A DNA stretch of 64,000 bases, from contig OZ316898.1 in the NCBI GenBank assembly GCA_973895155.1, forward strand, positions 1,056,751 through 1,120,750. The letters run 5' to 3'. The notes under the pieces are model-generated. The model was not told the origin of the DNA. It was given only the letters and a program-made list of their open reading frames with translations, and did no database searches. Origin of the DNA: Marsupella aquatica. Lineage: Eukaryota > Plantae > Marchantiophyta. Shown piece after piece: positions 1 to 12,950 of this stretch. The stretch's first letter is position 1, and every line of letters starts with the position of its first letter. A program made the translations under genes and the position numbers.

Positions 1-417
1 ACATAGTGCGAGGGTTGAGGTTATTCTAAAGAGTTCGCTATTGTAGGCTGAAATAGAGGTAAAGTCCTGGACTCGTAGGTTTAGCCAGTCTTGCTTGGCT
101 TTAGGCAGTTCGACCAGTTTTTGGTGGTCGAATCAGGTTTGGAGCGCTGTCCAAAGTTCACGGGGGGTTGAGAGGTGCATGTATTGTCTTTGTAGGAATC
201 TATGGATATGGCGTCTAAAGAATACGAGAGCCTTAGATTTGTTGGCTTTAGTTAACGGGTCTGGTTGGGGTTCGCCAGCTAGTATAGGTTGAGCCATCCC
301 TATAGCTGGGAGTAAGGTTAGCGAGGTTAGGTTTTCTTTTAGGTTCATGGACCATTCTAGGTAGTTGCCGCCATCTATTTCTAGGGCGGGGAAGGTGAGT
401 TTCTCAAGGTTGGCCAT
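1..417 (-). pseudogene. gag: copia gag N-terminus with premature stop
   Basis: ATG at 417. An in-frame TGA at 135-133 sits where Bianca gag has R (RFDHQK), consistent with CGA>TGA. The frame stays open and gag-like to position 1. Confidence 0.88.
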
Positions 418-1722
418 CTCTAAGGTCCTGGTGTGTAGCGGTGGTGTGGGTGTTGATATAATATATATGTAGTCAAAAGACAATGCACATTTTCCGCATG
501 CAATGGTGGAGAAAGGGTTGAGGAGAGCAATCTAAGTCGTGGGCGAGTAAAGCAAGAATGATTGGGTTTTTGCGGAATTTAGGTTTTGCACTTAGTAAGT
601 TGGTTTTCTTTGTAAATGTATAACTGCATTCTCTTCTTTGTATTTTAGGATTCCTTTGTATTTTGGCGCAGTTATCCAGTTGTGCACTTAGGGTTGCAGT
701 TATGTGTTTTAGTGCTCTTCTTCCTTTGTTATTTCGAGTTCCATTGGAAATGAGTTGCGCTTAGGGATGGATTGGCGGTTAGGTAATTCATCTCGTGGGG
801 CTATGGTGCCCCTCTCGATCTGGTTTGCCTTCACGATTTACTTCAATGTCTTGGCTATGGCCGATTGCTTGGTTCTTCTCGCCCTTCCTCAATTTTCCCT
901 CTCGGCCTCCTTCGATGGCGTTCTTGGGCACTTGTTTCTTCCTTCTTTGGTCCAAGCTAATCAGTGCGCGAGCTATTGTTCAACATCGGGCATTCATCGC
1001 CCCTATCCGCTTTGATTTTCTAAGAAGGTCTTATGGTCGATTTTGTGTCTCAACTTTTGTTTCTTCGTTTGCCTTCGCTGCTGTTCTTCTTGAATCCAGG
1101 CTGTTTTATCTCGGGATCATGAAATTGCAATCCTTCGATCAGAAAGGGGGCATTTTCTGCTTCAACATCGGGCCCCCTCGCTCCCTATCTCCTTCGATTT
1201 CATTATCCTTTCGAAAGAGTCTTCGCCTCCTTGTTTTGCTGTTGTGTTCTCAAAAGCAACAATTGCAGGCATAGGGGCAGAGCGGTGTGCCACCAGCTTT
1301 CTGCTTATTCCATTTCAATTCATCCTCCCCATAAACTGTCAATTCGTCCGCAGTCTTCTTCCGACATTTGATCAAACCAGGCTCTACTTCTGACGATGAA
1401 TTTCCGATGGCCTCTCGCTGCTAGCGGCCTACTGTCGAGTGCCCTTTTCAATTTTCCTTTCCATCAATCCTTATCGATGTGTTTCTTCGATCCTTATGAA
1501 CTTTTCAGTTTCTGCTTGACTCTCTGGTTTTCTTCTCGATTCTCTATTCGGAATTCTCTTCAAGTCCTTATGAATTCTGTGTTTTTCTGCCCTCGACTCT
1601 CTGATCTTGGATCCAATGTCTTTGTGCTCCTTAGATTTTAAAGTCGTCCTCTCGATCCCCCATAAAAAAATTTCAATCTTCCCTGGTCTTCTCCTTTCTA
1701 TCTCGCTCCGCTGGCTGAGTCC

Positions 1723-1736
1723 TCGTGCTGATAACG
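1723..1736 (-). promoter_or_regulatory. primer-binding site complementary to the 5' half/anticodon arm of tRNA-Ile
   Basis: Plus strand TCGTGCTGATAACG directly abuts the LTR end. It matches the plant tRNA-Ile(AAU) anticodon arm as recalled (TCGTGCTAATAACG) except for G at the wobble position. Confidence 0.8.
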
Positions 1737-1850
1737 TGTGAGAGTATGAATGGAATGAATCATGTATAGTCTGTGGTGGTTGGTACATATAGTGGTGTCG
1801 GTCTGGTGACTGGTTGATCCGGTCGTCCGGTCACCAGGTAGAGTCTAACA
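1737..1850 (-). repeat. 5' LTR (~114 bp)
   Basis: Minus strand TGTTAGACTC...ACTCTCACA with imperfect terminal inverted repeats, a TATA-like CTATATGTAC, and an adjacent PBS. The partner LTR is outside the window, so the outer boundary is unconfirmed. Confidence 0.7.
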
Positions 1851-3049
1851 TTAATCCGTTAGTTGGATTTTCCCTGGTTTTCAGATGCTCAGATCTTGGT
1901 TATTGGCTGGATCCCTTCCTGTTCTCCGGGCTGAGTTGGCCCTCATCTTTGCTTTAGCTGCTTAGCTGGTTTCTCTGGGTGTGTTGCTCAGGTTACTTCC
2001 CTGTCTAGTTTTACTTCTGCTTCCTTTCCCTCTTGACCGAATGTGTTTGGTCTTGGTGTGGATTCTGGCCTTTGTTCCTCTTTGTGGTTCCGGGCTGTGA
2101 CTCCCGGTTTTATTGGGTTTTACTTTTCATATAAATAAAGTGCTCCTTTCAAGAAAAGAAAAGAAAAAGATTAGGATATGTTGACCTCCAACATCCCAGA
2201 AGCAGTGCACACGCTTGCATATGGCTGCCTTTTTTGGTTTCTACTAGTCGCCCAATCTGGGACTCTAGCACCATTGCTGTTTCAGAATAATCATAGCCAC
2301 AAAACATGGTGCCGGAGATCATTGAACATTGCTCATAGATTCCTAAACTACCCCTTTTTTAACTTTCTTGAGGGAGGCAAACTTATGAATACCTCCTTAC
2401 ATGGAACCTCCATTTGCAATTATTGAATACCCATGACCTTTCGGAGTTCGGACCCTCCTGATGATAAGGGTACCCGTTAGATTTGCAGTAAAGAGTCTCT
2501 AAAATTATTCAATGGATATATACCGTTGGATCTTTCTGAAGATACGGATGACTGTTCGATTTCGCAAAACATTCTCACGGAAAGCTGCTTTCTGACCCGT
2601 CTCTCCAGAAAAACCTATTATTATTCCAGCGAATAAAAACAGAGAAAGCTGACTGTAACGAATTTTTGGAGCCGGCAAATGGAAAGCTGACAGTTACAGC
2701 TTTTCAGACGCGGCAAATCACAGCTACAGTATCCAACAACCACAGTAATATTATACCATAACATTGTTTGGCCATAGTGGAAAAGAGGAAAGCCAGGGGA
2801 AACATAAACAAATTTAAAAACCTTCTCCCTCCCCTACCATAGCCGGACCATGCGTCGACCTTGCGGGATCACCATGGTGGCGGTACGTCACCATGGCTGC
2901 GGTAGCCATTGCACTCACCTGTGCCCTATCAGACCCTACAACATCAATTTTAACAAAAATACCCAAAAAACAACAATAATGACACCAAACCAAATCACCT
3001 AATCAAAATGACAACATTCACTTCCAAAGACACGATTTGACTGCACACA

Positions 3050-4080
3050 TGACACTGTTAGAAAGACAACAGAGACTTCGTCAACAAGCAGTCTCTACAA
3101 TGACAACCCAGTTGCAATCACAATTAATTTCCCCAACTATAACACAACTGCAGTGACAGCCCAGCAACAAGAGTACAGCTAAGAGACCTGTGCATACATA
3201 CATTTGGTTCAAAAATTCTCCTTGCCTCCATGACACTTTGAGCATGCCTCAATTACTACCTTCCATCAAATGACACATAAGATGCCGCAACTTTCTTGCT
3301 TTCACAACACCTACTGTAGTTGCTTACTTGATAGTTTTTATACAATGCATTGGTCTTCAGGATTTATGATCCATGCCCTAGTTTTTCACAATTGACTTTT
3401 CTATTGTACCAACGGATTACATCAATGACCATATCATCAAATTTGGTTTGGGGTGCCCAAATGAACGTAGTGCAACTAGAGGCAATTAGATTTATTGGAG
3501 GATCAAATGTAGCCAATGTAGATTAATCTTTTTCATGGACTTCATGACAAGGGTCAGGGCTTGCGAATGGTTCTACTGCACATTCCATCAGGGATTTAGG
3601 TGGAGTTTCTCTACTTTCCCACATAAGGTGATAAAAGAGTAACCTCCAGTTCTTCTGTGTCAAGTCTTTTGTGTGCAAAGGGCTAACTGGTGAATGTTAC
3701 TTTTGGATGGGATTTGTGCCAAAGCTGGTTACTTATGAAGTTTAACCTCCTAACCTCACTTGCCACAATTGAAGATGGCCATGATTGGCTACACTTGCTG
3801 AGATGTCAAACAAACTTTATATTTATATGGATTGTGCATTGTAGTCAGGATTAAAAAATGTGTTGACATATACCATCATTGTGTGAATGATCAGTTCTAT
3901 GCATGATACGTAGCATACAATGGCAGGACCCAATCATGGGTATGAACAAAAATATTTGAAAGGACCCACGTCCAGAATCAACTGGGGACTCCCCTCCATC
4001 CATACTTACGTGGTTCAACGGTAGCATGATGAGAGAAAAATTATAACTTGGCTCCATAAAGTTGCTCCAAGTTTAAGGAA
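3050..4080 (+). pseudogene. highly decayed PIF/Harbinger (DDE_Tnp_4-like) transposase
   Basis: Motif remnants in the expected order across frameshifts and stops: TLSM..TTFHQ (~3235), WFGVPK (~3445), SSMHD (~3895), GDSPPSILTWF (~3985), E.NYNL (~4035). Confidence 0.45.
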
Positions 4081-4414
4081 CCTTCCCCCACTGGTATTAA
4101 AAACTTTTTGGCCTATAGTATCTAGATAAATCAGCAAAACAGTTTTCTTTGGAATAACTAAAAGGGTGAGAATCCCTACGAGAAAGCAAACTATCTATTA
4201 TTTTAGTGTTTGTGACCCAAAAAGATTATGATATTGACACCAATCATTACATTGTAGAGGTGAGATGATTTTTTTATGAACCATCTTGAAGCAAGCAAGA
4301 ATGAATTAGTTTTTGGTGACTTGGTACCTGTGCCCTCGCCTCACCGCTCATGACCTTAGAAAGTGCCTGCCCTACTGTTATCCCACAGGCACTTTCCTAC
4401 CAGACAACTATTTA

Positions 4415-4750
4415 GGGCCATTTTGCATGTGCAAGGTCCTTTGCACATCGGCCCCGAAATGAACCTGTGGCATGAGTTCAAGGAGCAAGAGTGCGGCAGT
4501 CAGTGTCTTTTGTTGAGATGCAAGGGCAAGGGCTGGAAATTTTCAGGCTCTTGAGGTCCTGAACCTTGAAATCTTAATGAAACAAAGCCGCAGACTTAAC
4601 ACATGTTGGATACTGACTTCGTGACTAAGTGGGCAAGTCACACGTAACCCGTTCTTGATTGTATTAGGATTCTGTCATGCACTTTCTTCTGTCATTTGTG
4701 CGTTGCTAAGGGTCATTTTTTTCATGACTTTTGCACATGCAAGGCAGCCC
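4415..4750. mobile_element. Tourist-like MITE (PIF/Harbinger)
   Basis: Left end GGGCCATTTTGCATGTGCAAGGTC vs reverse complement of right end GGGCTGCCTTGCATGTGCAAAAGTC; TTA on both sides (4412-4414, 4751-4753). Confidence 0.75.
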
Positions 4751-7700
4751 TTAGCTTCTCAAGGATCCTAAATCCATCTCAAATAGTGGTGGGCCTTCCA
4801 TATTTATCTCATGGTGACTATAGTTAGCCACAAGGAAGGCACTCAAAACCATACACATAGGAAACCAAAATGTGAGGAGTAGTTATGTAAGGGGGCAGGA
4901 GGAGGCGGGGCTGGGGAATTGGGGTCATCTCACTCTCCCTTGAGGACTTCTCGATCTTGAGGTTCTCTATTAGGCAAGTGACATATGGGGACAAATGGGG
5001 GGATAGACTATAGAGATTAGAGAACCTCTTACCTCAGTAAATAAAGCTTTAAAAATAAAACTGAACCTACAGCCACTAGTTTACATTCCGTTCTTGGATA
5101 CAGCTGTAAAGGTATGGTGGACATTAATTAAGGTACAATAACTGTCAACTACTGCAACTTTACAATAAATAGATTGGCCGTGATTCACAGATTGAAATCC
5201 GAAGTGCGAAATTGCGAATCCACTAAGCAGACGAGAGAGTCACGAGACAAATCAATCGACATTATTTCCATTCTGTCGGCAGGATTTGAGGGAAACAGTG
5301 GCTATTGTGGAATAGCCCAGGTGCGCCGTTGTATTATGACCATCTAGTGAATCCTCTTTATTTCTGGAAAAGTTGTGATGAGTTCTCGGTAAGCTAACCA
5401 ATCACTCAGTTGTGCGCAGTTTCAGCAGCTGGAATCTTACTGATTTGCGGAATCTGCACCAAGCACTGTACGCAAAGGAGTAAACCATTCCGATCTTCAA
5501 ATCGCAATTGGAGCAAAGTAAATTTGAGCATAGGAAACCGTCGCAAGAGGACTATCGTAATAGCTACAAGATGGCTGAACTTGACGATTTCCCAGGAAAT
5601 TCCTCTACTTAGTTCAATATTTGAATCCAAGTTTCTAAGCTGTATATATAAGATTTCATCGTAAGCCTAGGAGACCAAGGGAATCAACGATGTCAAGCTG
5701 GCTGTGCAACTTTTTCGAAAATGCCATAACTCGTTCATTCTCGTCTTGTCAAGATGAGTCTCTCACTTGTGCACATCTGCATCTGCTGGGCATTTCTGCC
5801 TCGAAAAAATCAATTGAATTTCATTCAAAAAGCCAGCATACTACATGGCAAGGGGATGGCAAGGGGATTGGCACTCAGGTGGAACAGAGGTTGTGGTGCC
5901 CAAAAATAGGAGTGGCCGGTACCAGGAGAGGGCCAGTAGCAGGAGAGAAGCAAGGACCTAAGAACGAGGAAGCCAAGCCAGGGATTTAACTACTGCGGCG
6001 GGAATGACACACAGACCGGCCAGCGAGCAAGAACCTGCAGCAGGGTTCCCCATAAGTGGATCCCTTGACAAAAGATGTCTATCAGTCAGCTTGGCATTTT
6101 GAAGTGTGTTGCTAAAATAGGTTCTCAGGGTGAGTTATTGTTCAAGAAACTGTACAATGTATATATATAGTACGGTAAGACAGCACTTTGCAGACCGGGG
6201 AGGCTCGATTGTTATCCACTGCCACTTCAGCCAGCATTTCACAAAAAAGTTGTTAAATCTCACTGACCGTTTCATTTGGGGTGTCTGCAAATGACTGCTG
6301 GACTCTTTGGTTTGCTCAACGGTGAGTCAGTAGTACACAATATCAAATTAGTCACTATGACGTAATTGTTCATTTAAAGGTGATCATGGCTGTCTGAGCG
6401 CATTGCAAGCAGGCAACCACTGAAGCAAGAGGTAAGCTCTGACCAGTGTTTACAACTAATCTACTTAATGTTGAATAGGTAGGTATAGGTACTTAATTTT
6501 GTCATTGTATCGGTCAATGGATCGAGGAGGACACCGATACAATGTCTTAGTCCGCTATTTTTCTTCAGGAGAATGACTCTCAGACAACATGATCCAACCT
6601 TTGACCGTAGCACTCAACTAAGTCGGTTCAAATGTCTTTTGCGGCCATATGTTTCCGATCACATTTCAAGTTCTGACTTCTCAGCGGTGGAGCAAAAGTG
6701 CGTAAAATCAATTCAATCAGGACGATAGGAAGACGACATCTAAAAGTTGGGAGGCATCCGAAAGGGTACGTTGTTCCAGTAGCATTAAGCTTGCTGACAG
6801 TGAGGTCCTTCAATTTGCTTCCTTCCTTGCGAGTGAAACCTCATGTCACTTTGAAAACCTCCCTGCATTCGTATTACTACTACTGTAGTCTTCTACTTTG
6901 TTCCGTGGAGTTATGGTTGACATATGTTCTTCACAGTGGTCACATGATCAGAACTGAGAACTTAGATTCTTTTCAGATCAACTGTCTCAATGCATTAGGG
7001 TAAATAATCAACTTCGCATTTGATTGTCCTATAGTCGTACATCTTGTGATTAAATCAGCTGGGTCGGCCGACATATTGTCTTCCAGACTAAAGTAGGTTG
7101 CTTGACAATTTGAACTTAAGACGGATCAGTCGGTTTTTGAAGTAGAGTCATCCCTGAATCCAGACTATCCTTTAATTGGGATTCCCCAGTCCTCCCACCC
7201 TGACCCTGCTGGTAATCACACATCAAAATGTGGCTCTATTCATTGATTGAAAGAAAAAAAACTAAGGTTATCACGGTATGCAGGGGTGTCGTACATAGTA
7301 TATGCCATCCTCCCACCGGGTACGGTTTGTTCGAGCTCGAAGAAAGGTTCTCATCCACTTTCGGCCTATCGAGCCATTACTTCTTTCAAGCCATTTGAAT
7401 GACGGCACAAAAGGTTCTCATCCACTTTGGCCCATTGAGGCACAAAAAGGCCCATCCACAAAAGTCTTTTGAGCAGTTTGAATGACTGCATAATACAGTG
7501 GCTGCTCGAGGTCCCGAACATTGACCTTCATCACTCTACACGACATTGTCATTCAAAATTTCTAAATTGCCACCAACATTGTCAGCAAAGTGTTGGTCCA
7601 AACGACACTTGGATGGATCGTTTACTGACTTGTCAGCAAATGTTTGCTCACGAAAACGCTGGATGGAGTGCTTGTACTGGTTTGCAGAAAAGTACGTCGT

Positions 7701-8951
7701 GTCCAACTTAAAAATGAAAAATAGACTCCGATAAGTGTGCCCACTTTTCCCAATTTCCCTGAACTATTTTCGTGCGCTATGTCGGTCACGTGCTGTGACT
7801 TGTGGAGTCCTTTTGATCGAGCATTTGGCACGAGCCATGCTCACCTACTGTACTTACCATGTAAGTTAGTAAGTAGGCCTAACCCTTGCCACCTTTGTCT
7901 ACAGTTTGGCAGCATTTTTTGATATTTTATTCCTTAGTGGAATCTATGTTTCGAGCCAAAAGGTTGCCCCAAAACAATTTAGAAGTCTTACATCTCCTGT
8001 CCTGTCCTAAACCTTTTACCCTGCGCATAATCAACATATCAAAATGTGGTAACATAATTCATTAATTTAAAGAAAATAATGAGGTTTATTATTGATATCA
8101 TGGTACTGTATGGTACACCCTATATGTTTTTGATACGTTTATGCCATCTTTTGATGTGCAATTACCCGGACCCACCTTTTATAGTGGACAAAATACTTTC
8201 TTTTTCTTGGGAGGCGAGTGTTGAAGGGTAACCGAGCACCCAACTGCCCAAGGGTGCACACCTCACAGAATCATTTATTACTTTGTCAAGAATGAGAGGC
8301 TCGTCGCCTCGTCATCCCTTCACCTAGATCAAACCAACAGACGAATCAGAAGGCAGCACGAGTAAACCAACTCATTTTCCGACCACAATTGTGATAAATA
8401 AGAAAGATACTTTACTTTATGTTATTGACCTGTCCTTGTGATACATATATTGTACATGTTTTTGCAATGTGTTCTCTACTTTCCATGCAAAAAATGTTGT
8501 CCCAAAGGGTGCAAACTCCACTACAATCCACTCTGCCTACAAGCAACCTCCGGTCAATGAGGAGGTCTATACAGGCTATTGTGGATAAGTGCAGCACCTA
8601 TAAGTGCATTCCGTGTGTAACTGCAGGTCTGTTGTGCAGTCCCGTATTATTACATTTTCTTTGTATATGAACCATACAATGCACAGTCTGTGGGTACAGG
8701 CCAGCGTCACTAAACCGCAATTATATAAGCGCATTTCAGTCTATATGAGTGCATTAATCAATTACTTGCTACACATATCCTAGAATTTTATATCTCCTCT
8801 AATTAAGAGTGTACATGCATTAATGAATTACTGCTACTGGCACTAAGGTCCAGGGTTTTAGGGCAGGTATTGTACTTTCTGAGGAGACATGCAGGACCAT
8901 GCAGCATTTCAATAAGTGCAAGTTTGTCAATTTTGCACTCATCACATACTA

Positions 8952-8995
8952 CAAACCAACTGGTGCAAACCAACTGGTGCAAACCAACTGGTGCA
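8952..8995. repeat. 14-bp tandem repeat (CAAACCAACTGGTG)x3
   Basis: Directly visible perfect copies. Confidence 0.9.
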
Positions 8996-10410
8996 GATCG
9001 TCATGTATAAACGCAAGATTTCCAAACTTAAGTTGCACTGATCACATACTGCAAACCCTGATTAAGTGTTTCCCTTTGTTTGACTGCCTCCCACTAGTGT
9101 GCACTTAGAGAGAGTAGACTGTATAACACCAAAATGTGGCACACACACCCACCAAAAGAAGGAAAACTAAAATATTATAGAGAGACCCAATCTCAACCCA
9201 AAGAAAAGACACAATGAACTACCACCCTGCACTAGAAACCTATGCACATAAGCTCATTTTGCACCTACTGTCTTCTGCTAAACACAGCCCCATGGCATTG
9301 TGTTACCAATGGAAATTTTGGGTCCTGTGACACAAAACATATTGTCTCCAATATTGATGTCGTGTTTGAGTTTGATGTTGTGTTTGAGTTTGATCCAAAA
9401 CTATTTTACATGCATTGAGCAGAAACAGTAAACAATTCATGAATCATATGACAATGCCAATATTTGAACACAACACCTACCATGCAAGTACAAAACATGA
9501 ATACAACGCCACAGAACACTATTTGAATAAAGCACCACATGGCACACTATTTAAATACACGCCATGGCGTTGTGTTAGGGGGGGGGGAGGGGGACAGTAG
9601 TGCTTTGCTTTGCCAAAGCTATGTTTGCATGGAGACCAAAACTATATAGGGTGTTTGGTTTTTTTCTATGAATTTATGCTTAAGTAATTTTTGTAGGACA
9701 AGAAACTTACTTGGAAATACCTCAAATGTTTGCCCAAATTCTCACATAAGTTTTTGCAACCGGAATGGGCTAATTTAAACATTGAAAGTTGCTTGATTGC
9801 ACATATATAATCAAGATCAAAATTTACTTTGAGGGCCTGCTATCTAGAGTGAAGCCTCTAATTGGACTGCACTTCTTGACATAACTAAAGATGAAGGCAC
9901 CGGCAAAAAATAAGGAGGGAGTCATTGGAAACATTCAAGTGTGAAGGTTGACCCTAGGGAGTCTATTTTGTCCTCACCTCTCTTTATATTCAAAGAATGG
10001 GCAGTCAGCCTGGTACATTGAAGTTTCACAATCCAGTGACTAAAATAGCTGTAAGCTAAGATACAAAAGGTTTTGATTTACTTTTTCCAGATTATATTGC
10101 CACTCCCAATTGTGAAATTACGGACCTTTTTCCACACCAGTGAGAATATGGCTTTGAAAGAAAGACAATCTTCTTATTCATAAGCAAGATACAAATTTCC
10201 CCCTCCTTCGTCTTCCCTTAACCCCTGGAAATGTCCTGCAAATACAAACGGCATTAATAGTATCACAATTCCCTCCAAAACCTAAAAATGTCACATGTAT
10301 ACCAAATATTTGTTCTAGAGGTATCTTGCAAGACTTTGTCATTTAGTGAGAGCTAATCATAAGCTGTGGCATAGTACTAGTATCACCATTCCTTTGTAAA
10401 CCCCAAAAAT

Positions 10411-10769
10411 CCGGTTTGAATCGACCTTGCCTGTCAAATTGGGCGCTGGAGGCCGTCAAACTGTAATTCCGTCATCCCAGTCTCCCGGAGTCGAGTTTGG
10501 GTCCGGGTGGCAGGGTCGGGCCGGATTCAGGCCGGGTGTTCAAAGGGTTGGGGCAGGGTTGGGGGGGGGGGGGTTTGGGGGAGTCCAGGGGAGTCCGGGC
10601 GGGGTCTGGGGGAGTTCGGGCCGGGTTCGGGTGGGCTGGGCCGGGCTGGGTCAAGCCGTAGTCCGGGGGAATCAGACAAAATATGCATCAAATTGCACAT
10701 TTTTTGGCCGTCATTTGACGGTTTTATGTGCTCGGCAAGCCGTCAACTTGCCCATCAGGTTAAACGGGG
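10411..10769. mobile_element. GC-rich, G-tract-rich insertion in an AT-rich local tandem duplication
   Basis: Flanked by CCCAAAAAT (10402-10410) and CCTAAAAAT (10770-10778), a candidate 9-bp TSD. The interrupted sequence matches an uninterrupted copy at ~10250-10375. Terminal inverted repeats are weak. Confidence 0.5.
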
Positions 10770-12781
10770 CCTAAAAATGTCACATCAACACCAACAACAA
10801 TACTGGTATTGGTTCTAGAGGTATCTCTTAAGACTTTGTCATTTAGTGGTACCCAATCATAAGCTGTTGCATATATTTTTGGCGGGTGCATGTCGTATTT
10901 CAAGTTTATTTTATTCGAGCCACATGGGTCCCATCCAATTCAACAGGAGTCATTATGTAAAGTTTTATCCGCTCCCCAGTCACTCTCTATAGGTTACTTC
11001 CATCAGGTTAGGAGATAAACGTGCAATGCCACAAAGTTTTTATTTATCATGTTCTCTAAGTGATTCACAACAAAGTTCAGTGGATCGGAGTCATCTTTTC
11101 AATGTTACTGGCAGAATTACTGACCATATACCTCACACTTCCACCCCTCCCCCCAAAAAAACAAAAAAAACTCATCCGCTCTCCACATTTCTCTAAATAT
11201 GCAGACCATAGATGGTAATTAAAATTGTCATTCTTTACACACACATGTACCAATGAACTGTGACATGTGTCTCCCCTATCTACCCTCTTTGCCTAAATTA
11301 ATTTTGGTATCATAAACAATATCACCAATTGACGTGATCTTGAAACTTTTCTTTCTCACACTCCTAGTCAAAGATAAACTCACGTGTCTCTCATGTATGA
11401 AATATCTAATTGAATATTATTGAAGTATAAGAATAAAAGAGGGTGGCTTAGAAATTTAAGAACATTAAGATCCACAACATAAAAGATGCCCCTTGTCAAA
11501 TGTGAAATTGAACAGGTAAATTGTTCAAGGGAAAATACACAACAAAAATCTTAATATCACAAAGTAACCTGAGTAGTCTTCCTAAGAAGGTTATTGACAC
11601 CAGAATTGGGGAATTAACCTCCAGGGCTTTCCTGAAAACAATAAAAGTAGAAAAGCTACTAAGACATTCTGGAAATAATGACTCCTCAAAACTAGAGCAC
11701 CATGCTACACATTGCCATACTATATATAGTGAAGGAGCTTCACTATAGACACTCTTTTGGGTCGGACACCTTGCCCTTGTTCTGGCTATTTTTACACAAG
11801 CCCTTGGAAAACAGTATTCTACCGTAGTTGTGCAACTTGCTCCAAAGCGGGTTTCCCTTGCAAAGAAATAAACAAAAACAGGTTTCCCATATTTAAAGCA
11901 AATGACCAAAGCAGGTTTCCCTTGCAAAGAAATAAACAAAAAAAACCAGCTTTACCATGTTCAAGGCAAATAAAAATACAGCAAGAATTCTCACCTTCAT
12001 GGCTTCATGTCACAAAGCAGGAATATTATTTCCCACGATGGCTTCTTCTCGATAATCGGGATGGGAATATATTGACGGTGATGCTGGCGTCATCCATGAC
12101 TCTCTGTCCCATGGCATGATGTCAGGAAGGGCAGACTGTGCCTGACTTGGGCGGTCTAGATCGCCAGCACTTTTTCCCACGGTCGGGATCAGCTTCAGGG
12201 TGCCTCCGAGCTAGAGGGTCTACTCAACAGAGTGACCGGATTCCATGGCGGACGTGTGAAAAGAGAATGGGTTCCATGCACCCTTGTCGCATGCTGTTCC
12301 GCCCCCAATCAGCGGCTTCCAGAGGACTACAGTACTGGACTTTGAAGACTGTACAAAGGATTTGTTCGAACATCATCCTGTCGTTCCCCCTCTTTCTGTT
12401 CGATTTTTGCTCTGTGTCGTAACATTGAAAATTTCCAATTCTAGTCTGGCTGATCTGTATATTGGGTGTGATTGCGGAGAGCTGGTGGGGTTTTCAGCTC
12501 GTTGTGGTTTGGTTGGAAAGTAATGTTGCTGTCGTTTGACCTGGGCAGATAGGCAGCTGACATCACGGTTTCCATATCTCAAAAGGACATTTTACTTTGA
12601 TCAGCTGTGCTGGCAGATTGAAATCCTGTCCAGTCAGCTTCTTATTGGGAGCAACATTGATTTTCAAGGTTTGCTCAAAGGGTTACAGCCTCTGATTAGG
12701 AGCTGCACTCTGAAGGTTGGGTCAAGGTGTTTAATACTTTAAGTGGGACACAGTTGCGCTTTGTTGTAGCGAGAGGTCATC

Positions 12782-12950
12782 ATGGCGGTGTGTTCAGATT
12801 GGGACGACATGGATGGAGTTGCAGGTAGCCCGGTGCCGAAAGTGGGAGTGGCAGTGCTGATTTGCAGAGACGAGAGGGTGTTAGTTTGCTTCCGTAAGTC
12901 CAAGACTTGCTACAACCATCTTGCTCTTCCCGGCGGATTTCTGGAATTCG
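12782..12950 (+). CDS. NUDX1: Nudix hydrolase (NUDX1/NUDT1-like), exon 1
   Basis: PVPKVGVAVLICRDERVLV...LALPGGFLEFG, ending at donor G|GTGAG (12951); phase 1 matches exon 2. Confidence 0.9.

Larger units (their letters stand above)
1..1850 (-). mobile_element. 5' portion of a Ty1/copia LTR retrotransposon, Bianca lineage (continues off the left edge)
   Basis: On the minus strand: short TG...CA LTR, half-tRNA-type PBS, ~1.3 kb leader, then a Bianca-type gag (MANLEKLTFPALEIDGGNYLEW...KSKALVFFRRHIH...PRELWTALQT*FDHQKLVELPKAKQDWLNLRVQDFTSISAYNSELFRITSTLALC). Confidence 0.9.

Noticed and set aside
1851-2450. Possible LINE 3' ends (AATAAA plus A-rich tail at ~2135-2170; WVFNN-like peptide on minus)
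   Set aside because: Too little sequence; no RT/endonuclease motif or TSD.
10427-10818. Gly-rich and Pro-rich ORFs
   Set aside because: By-products of the G-tract insertion; no ATG-supported domain.
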